Assembly: GCA_049320885.1 (NCBI GenBank)
Contig: JBMORA010000012.1
Span: forward strand, 64,001-128,000
Direction of reading: 5' to 3'
From: Thermodesulfobacteriota bacterium
GTDB lineage: Bacteria > Desulfobacterota > Desulfobacteria > Desulfobacterales > SURF-7
DNA length: 64,000 nucleotides
The notes beneath the pieces were generated by a model that saw nothing but the letters and a program-made list of their open reading frames with translations, ran no database searches and was not told the origin of the DNA. Position 1 is the first letter of the stretch, and each line of letters begins with the position of its first letter. This document shows, in pieces, positions 59,129 through 64,000 of the stretch. The position numbers were made by a program, and so were the translations under genes.

Positions 59129-60889
59129 TCATGGTGCGGATGGGCGGCATTGCTTGCGGACAAGATTCAGGATGGCGTGTGCCTTTTGCGAATCCGGGTC
59201 GATCCGAAGAGCAAACTGAATATTGTCTATGGATTTTCGGCACTGCCGGAGATGAAAATATAAAATTCCCAGATTGGTATACGCGTCCGTATAATCCGGC
59301 CGTATGCGAATGGCCTGGATGTAATGGGCTTCCGCTTCTTCCGTCCGGCCATTATCCGCTAGCACGTTCGCCAGATTGTTGTGTGCGGAAGCCATGGCGG
59401 GTTGCATTTCCAGGGCTGTATGGAAGGAGCGGATGGCGTCGTCCAGTTTGCCGGAACGCGCCAGGGCGATTCCGAGGTTGTTATGCGCTTCGAAGTAATT
59501 CGGCCGGATCCGGATGGACGCCCGGTAATGATCGATTGCGGCGGAAATATCACCCTGTTTTGCCAGATAGGCTCCCAAAAGATTATGAACGAAATAATTG
59601 CCTTCCGTCACGGAAAGAGCGTGCTCGAACAAGGTCCGGCTGTTTTTCCAGTGGGGCACTTGCAGATATGTGATTGCGGCCAGAATGAAGATGCCGGTAG
59701 CCGCCATTGCCGCCTTGATGACCGAATTTTTCAATAAACCGGAAACGCCCCACACAACGGCAATGAACAGACCGATCAGCGGGATATAGGCGAAACGATC
59801 ATTGATGGCCCCCCAAACGCCGGAATAGGTCAGGCCGATGGCCGGCACAAAAGTGCCAAGAAACCATAACCAGCCGACGATCAGGTAGGGCCTTTTCTTT
59901 ATTTGGTGAACCGAAAGCAGGGTCACCAGAAAGATCAGCATAAAGGAACCCAGCAGTTGCCATGGGGGGGGGATCTCCGTTGGATACGGATAGTGGATGG
60001 AAAAATGCCGTGGCCATATGGCCTTGCTTATGTATTTTATATAGGAAACCAGCGCATTCGCCACCCGCAGGGTCAGGGGCGCCTGGTCTCCGGAAACCAG
60101 ATGGCCAAGCCGCTTCAGTGACATGAGGGTGAGCAGAATCGACAGCATGGAGAGAGCGAACAGGGGAATTTTTTCTTTAACAAGGCGAAAAACCGTCGGC
60201 AGGTAAGAGGAAGCAGCTGATTGGTCCAGTTGTATTACAGGGGAGAGAGGGTATGGTTTCAGGCGGCCGAGGGGCCAATAATCCAGCAGCAGCAACAAGA
60301 ACGGAAGCGTAATCAACAAGGGTTTCGCCATGCTGCCACATATAAAACATACCAGAATAACAAGATATCTCTTTTTTGTCGGCGTCCTGACATAGAAGGC
60401 GTAGGATAGCAGGGTCAGCATCCAGAAAAAGGCGCTGAGGACATTTTTTCGCTCGGCAATCCAGGCGACGGAATCGACATTGATGGGATGAACGGAAAAC
60501 AACAAAGCCGCGGCCAGGCTCCTGAAAGGTGAGCCGGTGGTTTCCAGTAGAAAGAAAAACAGCAGGAGACCATTGACGATATGGATGGAAAGGCTGGTGA
60601 GATGGTGCCAACCGGGGTTCAGGCCGAAAAGGCTGCAATCGATCATATGGGAGATCCAGGCCAGCGGAAGCCAGTAATCCGCATTGTTGAAACGGAAGGC
60701 CCAGGAAATGTTTTCAATCGTCACGCCTTGCCGGATACGGGAATTTTCCGTCACATAGGCATTATCGTCCAAATCTATGAATTCGTTTTTGCTTATATGC
60801 CAGTACGTTGTGGCGGGCAGAAACACCAGCAGGCAGATCAACAGAATGGTTCTGCGGATTTGAAATGCGGTTTTCATTGCTTTTGTCAT
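59129..60889 (-). CDS. TMTC-like membrane glycosyltransferase with C-terminal TPRs
   Basis: FIDLDDNAYVTEN (DD motif), Y.LPL..IS, HPINVDSVAWIAERK, DRFAY, HWKNS..LF, followed by about 4-5 TPRs. Confidence 0.82.
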   Translation of the reverse strand: MTKAMKTAFQIRRTILLICLLVFLPATTYWHISKNEFIDLDDNAYVTENSRIRQGVTIENISWAFRFNNADYWLPLAWISHMIDCSLFGLNPGWHHLTSLSIHIVNGLLLFFFLLETTGSPFRSLAAALLFSVHPINVDSVAWIAERKNVLSAFFWMLTLLSYAFYVRTPTKKRYLVILVCFICGSMAKPLLITLPFLLLLLDYWPLGRLKPYPLSPVIQLDQSAASSYLPTVFRLVKEKIPLFALSMLSILLTLMSLKRLGHLVSGDQAPLTLRVANALVSYIKYISKAIWPRHFSIHYPYPTEIPPPWQLLGSFMLIFLVTLLSVHQIKKRPYLIVGWLWFLGTFVPAIGLTYSGVWGAINDRFAYIPLIGLFIAVVWGVSGLLKNSVIKAAMAATGIFILAAITYLQVPHWKNSRTLFEHALSVTEGNYFVHNLLGAYLAKQGDISAAIDHYRASIRIRPNYFEAHNNLGIALARSGKLDDAIRSFHTALEMQPAMASAHNNLANVLADNGRTEEAEAHYIQAIRIRPDYTDAYTNLGILYFHLRQCRKSIDNIQFALRIDPDSQKAHAILNLVRKQCRPSAP

Positions 60890-60908
60890 GTAGATCGGTA
60901 AGAAGTGT

Positions 60909-60946
60909 TTGACAAGCTGTTTTTTTTTATGTAAACAACGTTTATG
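60909..60946 (+). promoter_or_regulatory. Sigma70 promoter with palindromic box TGTAAACAACGTTTATG over the -10
   Basis: TTGACA-N17-TAAACA, the same geometry as the 59027-59064 promoter; lies in the divergent intergenic region. Confidence 0.65.
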
Positions 60947-61008
60947 TTTGGGAATGCTGATATTGTGAGTATGTGCCTTTTTTTTAACCACAGGGAAAGC
61001 ACCTGGTT

Positions 61009-62796
61009 ATGATGGCGTTGATCAGGCGTACGATATATATTGGGGTGGTCATGGGGCTGCTGTTTTTTTCCTGCAGCAGCGACGATTCTCCGGAAACAAG
61101 CCAACCGGCGGATTTCAGCGGCACGGGCCGGATCGCCTTCAGCGGCAGATGGGTTACATCGGGAGTCGACTACAATTTCGTTGATGCCGTGGTCTATGAT
61201 CAGGATAATCATCTGCTCCGCGAAAAGCTCCAGATCATGAAATGGCAGGAATCGGCAATCGATGAGATTCCGGCCGGTAAAAACCGGACCCTGGTTATCT
61301 ATGGCAAGGGCGGCACCGGACAAATCATCTTCCGCAGTGTCCGAAAGGGACTGAGCGTTGCCACCGGCAAGACCACCACCGTGGCCTCCATGGTGGAGAC
61401 CTCTTTCATTCCCAAATCGATTGCTCCGGTCACCGGTACGGAGTTCAATGTCAGGGCCTTTACCCTGGAATGGGAACCGGTGGCGGGAGCCGTCCAATAC
61501 CGGGTAGCGGTGAGCGGGCTCTTCGACACGTACACCGAGGAAACGACATATTCCTACGAAGAAACGGAACCGGCGGCAGCGCCGGTTTCCAATGGAACCA
61601 ACTCGGCGGATATCTATCTCTTCCCTGATACTGGGCAATTGAAGCGATACGACTTACAATCGAAATTCAGTGAAGACAACCCGAATCTCCTATGGTCCGG
61701 CGAGGACAGCTGCTACAACAAGGCGGAACGGCAACAAAGCTATTCCATGCTGGATATCTACGGAAATCCTTGCGGTGGCAGGGCCAGTTACATTTGGAAC
61801 GTGTGGGCCATTGACGAATTCGGCAAGGCGAGTCAGAACACCACGGAAAGTTTCGAGGTGGTGTGCGCCATGTTGAAGGACAATGTCACCGGCCTGGTAT
61901 GGCAGATGAAAACCGATGACGATTCCATACATGACAAACACAATCGCTATACATGGCCCCAAGCCCAGGCTTGTATTGAGCAATTGAACTCCACGAAGTT
62001 CGGCGGCAGCATCCAGCCGCTGGAATGGCGTCTGCCGACCATCAAGGATCTGGCGACGATCGTGAACTGCCATGTTTTCGAACCGCCGACGGTCATCGCC
62101 ACATATTTCCGGAATATGATGTCATATCCGTATTGGTCATCAACCGATTATCAAAGCACTGGCGGAACGGACGCCTGGATATTGGATTTTGAGAGCGGTG
62201 ATACCGGTCACCATGCCAAGGAGGTTCCGATGAGGGAGCCGGAAATCTATCTGATGGCGGTAAGCGGCGCTCCTCAACTCGGAGATCCGTTTGTCAAGAA
62301 TCAGGACGGCACCATCACCGATAAGATCAGCGGCCTGACGTGGATGCAGCCTCCGCTGCCGCAACCCATGGAATGGGCGGCCGCTCTGGCTTTCTGCGAA
62401 TATCTGAAGTTATGGGGCAATGGTGATGGTGACTACTATTGGTCGACGATGATTGGCGGAAAAACCATGATTTTCGCGGAAGGCAAATGGCAGGAGCGCG
62501 ACAAGGAATTTTTTCTGCCAGGGGATTTTTCCGTTGTTAACGATGATTGGCGTCTCCCCGACCGGAATGAATTGATGTCGGTGGTGGATTACAACCGAAC
62601 GGATCCGGCCGTGGATACAAACTATTTCTCCGGCGTGACCGCATCAGACTATTGGAGTTCGACCACCGTTTCCTTTACGGACTATACGTCCAATGCCTGG
62701 GTCGTGGATTTCCGGGACGGCAGGATCACCAGTAGCGATAAGGACGATTCCAACAACCATTGCCTCGTATTGCCGGTGCGGGATACCAAACAGTAA
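61009..62796 (+). CDS. DUF1566 (Lcl C-terminal) double-domain lipoprotein
   Basis: Lipobox FFSC; PDTGQ; two repeats of D..TGL.W / WRLP..EL / YWSST / AW..DF..G. Confidence 0.88.
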   Translation: MMALIRRTIYIGVVMGLLFFSCSSDDSPETSQPADFSGTGRIAFSGRWVTSGVDYNFVDAVVYDQDNHLLREKLQIMKWQESAIDEIPAGKNRTLVIYGKGGTGQIIFRSVRKGLSVATGKTTTVASMVETSFIPKSIAPVTGTEFNVRAFTLEWEPVAGAVQYRVAVSGLFDTYTEETTYSYEETEPAAAPVSNGTNSADIYLFPDTGQLKRYDLQSKFSEDNPNLLWSGEDSCYNKAERQQSYSMLDIYGNPCGGRASYIWNVWAIDEFGKASQNTTESFEVVCAMLKDNVTGLVWQMKTDDDSIHDKHNRYTWPQAQACIEQLNSTKFGGSIQPLEWRLPTIKDLATIVNCHVFEPPTVIATYFRNMMSYPYWSSTDYQSTGGTDAWILDFESGDTGHHAKEVPMREPEIYLMAVSGAPQLGDPFVKNQDGTITDKISGLTWMQPPLPQPMEWAAALAFCEYLKLWGNGDGDYYWSTMIGGKTMIFAEGKWQERDKEFFLPGDFSVVNDDWRLPDRNELMSVVDYNRTDPAVDTNYFSGVTASDYWSSTTVSFTDYTSNAWVVDFRDGRITSSDKDDSNNHCLVLPVRDTKQ

Positions 62797-63023
62797 TAAA
62801 AGTCATTCCACAACCTTCCCTATCATCGGATTTCTTCGCATGCCGCTGCCCGGAAACTGAAGCCGCTCTCCACGCGGTGGTTACTCACCCATCAAGTTTG
62901 AATTGTATTTCAAAAGATGCTTTGGTATGGAAAAGCAAACCGTTTACCGGCGCAGCGGAAGGAATCCATGGCGGATTTACGATGATGAACGCCGGCCTGA
63001 AGAGATAACCTGCGATGGAGGAA

Positions 63024-64000
63024 ATGTACACCGTGGAAGACCTGAAACAGCGTGTGGATGAATACTATCTTCTGGTCAATGCCTTGCGCAATGAAATCGG
63101 TAAAATCATGGTGGGACAGGCGGAGTTGATCGAGGGGCTGTTGATCGGCCTCTTCACCAAGAGTCATATCCTCATCGAGGGGGTTCCCGGCCTGGCAAAA
63201 ACCAGCGCGGTCAAGGCCCTGGCCGAAACGGTGCAGGCCGATTTCAAGCGGATTCAATTCACGCCGGATTTGCTTCCGGCGGATCTCATCGGCACGGAAA
63301 TCTATCGACCCAAAACAGGTGATTTCACCATCAAAAAAGGGCCGGTGTTCAACAACATCATTCTGGCCGACGAAATCAACCGGGCGCCCTCCAAGGTTCA
63401 ATCCGCATTGCTCGAAGCCATGCAGGAAAAACAGGTGACCATCGGCGACGCCACCTTCCCCATGGCGGATCCCTTTCTGGTTCTGGCCACCCAGAATCCC
63501 ATCGAGCAGGAAGGCACCTATCCCCTGCCGGAAGCCCAGATAGACCGGTTCATGCTGAAGCTGCTGATCGATTATCCGGACAAACGCGAGGAAAAGGAAA
63601 TCATGAAGCGCGTCGGCTTCGAACGGCCGGCGGAAATCCGGGCCGTCCTGTCCCCCGAGCAACTGAACGGAATCGCCGGGCTGGTCAAAGACATCTATAT
63701 GGATGAAAAACTCAAGGATTATATCGTCGATATTGTCTTCGCAACCCGCCGGCCCGGCGAATACAAGATCGATATCGCCGAATACATCCAGTTCGGGGCT
63801 TCCCCCAGGGCCAGCATTTTTTTGAGCCTCGCGGCCAGGGCTTATGCGTTTCTTCAGGGCCGGCCTTACGTGACGCCCCAGGATATCAAGACCGTGGCGC
63901 CGAAAATCCTTCGCCACCGGATCATTTTGACCTACGAAGCCGAGGCGGAGGATATCACCACGGATCAACTGATCGCACGGATTTTCGATTCCGTGGAAGT
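63024..64000 (+). CDS. moxR: MoxR-family AAA+ ATPase (3-prime end truncated by the window)
   Basis: Translated by hand: HILIEGVPGLAKT, RIQFTPDLLPAD, LADEINRAPSKVQSALLEAMQE, ATQNPIEQEGTYPLPEAQ.DRF, GASPRA; GGAGG RBS; absent from the ORF track because there is no stop in the window. Confidence 0.93.
   Translation, partial: MYTVEDLKQRVDEYYLLVNALRNEIGKIMVGQAELIEGLLIGLFTKSHILIEGVPGLAKTSAVKALAETVQADFKRIQFTPDLLPADLIGTEIYRPKTGDFTIKKGPVFNNIILADEINRAPSKVQSALLEAMQEKQVTIGDATFPMADPFLVLATQNPIEQEGTYPLPEAQIDRFMLKLLIDYPDKREEKEIMKRVGFERPAEIRAVLSPEQLNGIAGLVKDIYMDEKLKDYIVDIVFATRRPGEYKIDIAEYIQFGASPRASIFLSLAARAYAFLQGRPYVTPQDIKTVAPKILRHRIILTYEAEAEDITTDQLIARIFDSVE

Noticed and set aside
33624..60889. Classical O-antigen/capsule cluster, prophage or integrative element
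   Set aside because: No Wzx/Wzy/Wzz/ABC exporter, nucleotide-sugar pathway, phage gene, integrase or att site was recognised
62640..62796. DUF1566 C-terminus as a diversity-generating retroelement variable region
   Set aside because: No reverse transcriptase, Avd or adenine-variant template repeat was seen in the window; a remote DGR can only be excluded by a genome-wide search
62910..63968. 352-aa minus-strand ORF in the track
   Set aside because: Antisense shadow of the plus-strand moxR gene, which carries all the family motifs

Overview
A 64-kb chromosomal window, probably from a Desulfobacterota (deltaproteobacterial) genome; this is inferred from gene content and style. About 52 CDSs are supportable. 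No rRNA, tRNA, CRISPR array, integrase, transposase or reverse transcriptase was seen. (1) 1-24.9 kb is GC-rich housekeeping and accessory DNA: three B12-binding radical SAM genes, a Tat-exported Fe-SOD, a MacAB-type exporter, an SDR, a NitT/TauT ABC importer, a cold-shock protein, an acyl-CoA dehydrogenase-TetR unit with a tandem operator, and a HAMP-SpoIIE phosphatase. (2) 25.4-33.6 kb is a Cus-type heavy-metal RND operon with two tandem TolC-family genes, a His/Met-rich periplasmic protein and a sigma54-like promoter. (3) 33.6-62.8 kb is a visibly AT-richer cell-surface glycosylation/decoration locus of about 29 kb. It has six predicted GT-C-fold membrane proteins (three are paralogs, one is TMTC-like with TPRs), three polyprenol-phosphate-type GT2s, four methyltransferase domains, two MBOAT+partner pairs, two AT3 acyltransferases and a GNAT, but no Wzx/Wzy or ABC glycan exporter. 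It ends in three secreted proteins: a beta-propeller, a small leader-bearing protein and a DUF1566 lipoprotein. Their promoters share a TGWAAAY-N3-RTTTACA-like palindrome over the -10 region. (4) A moxR gene is truncated by the window end. The best candidate for an undescribed system is the co-regulated multi-GT-C glycosylation locus with its candidate secreted substrates.
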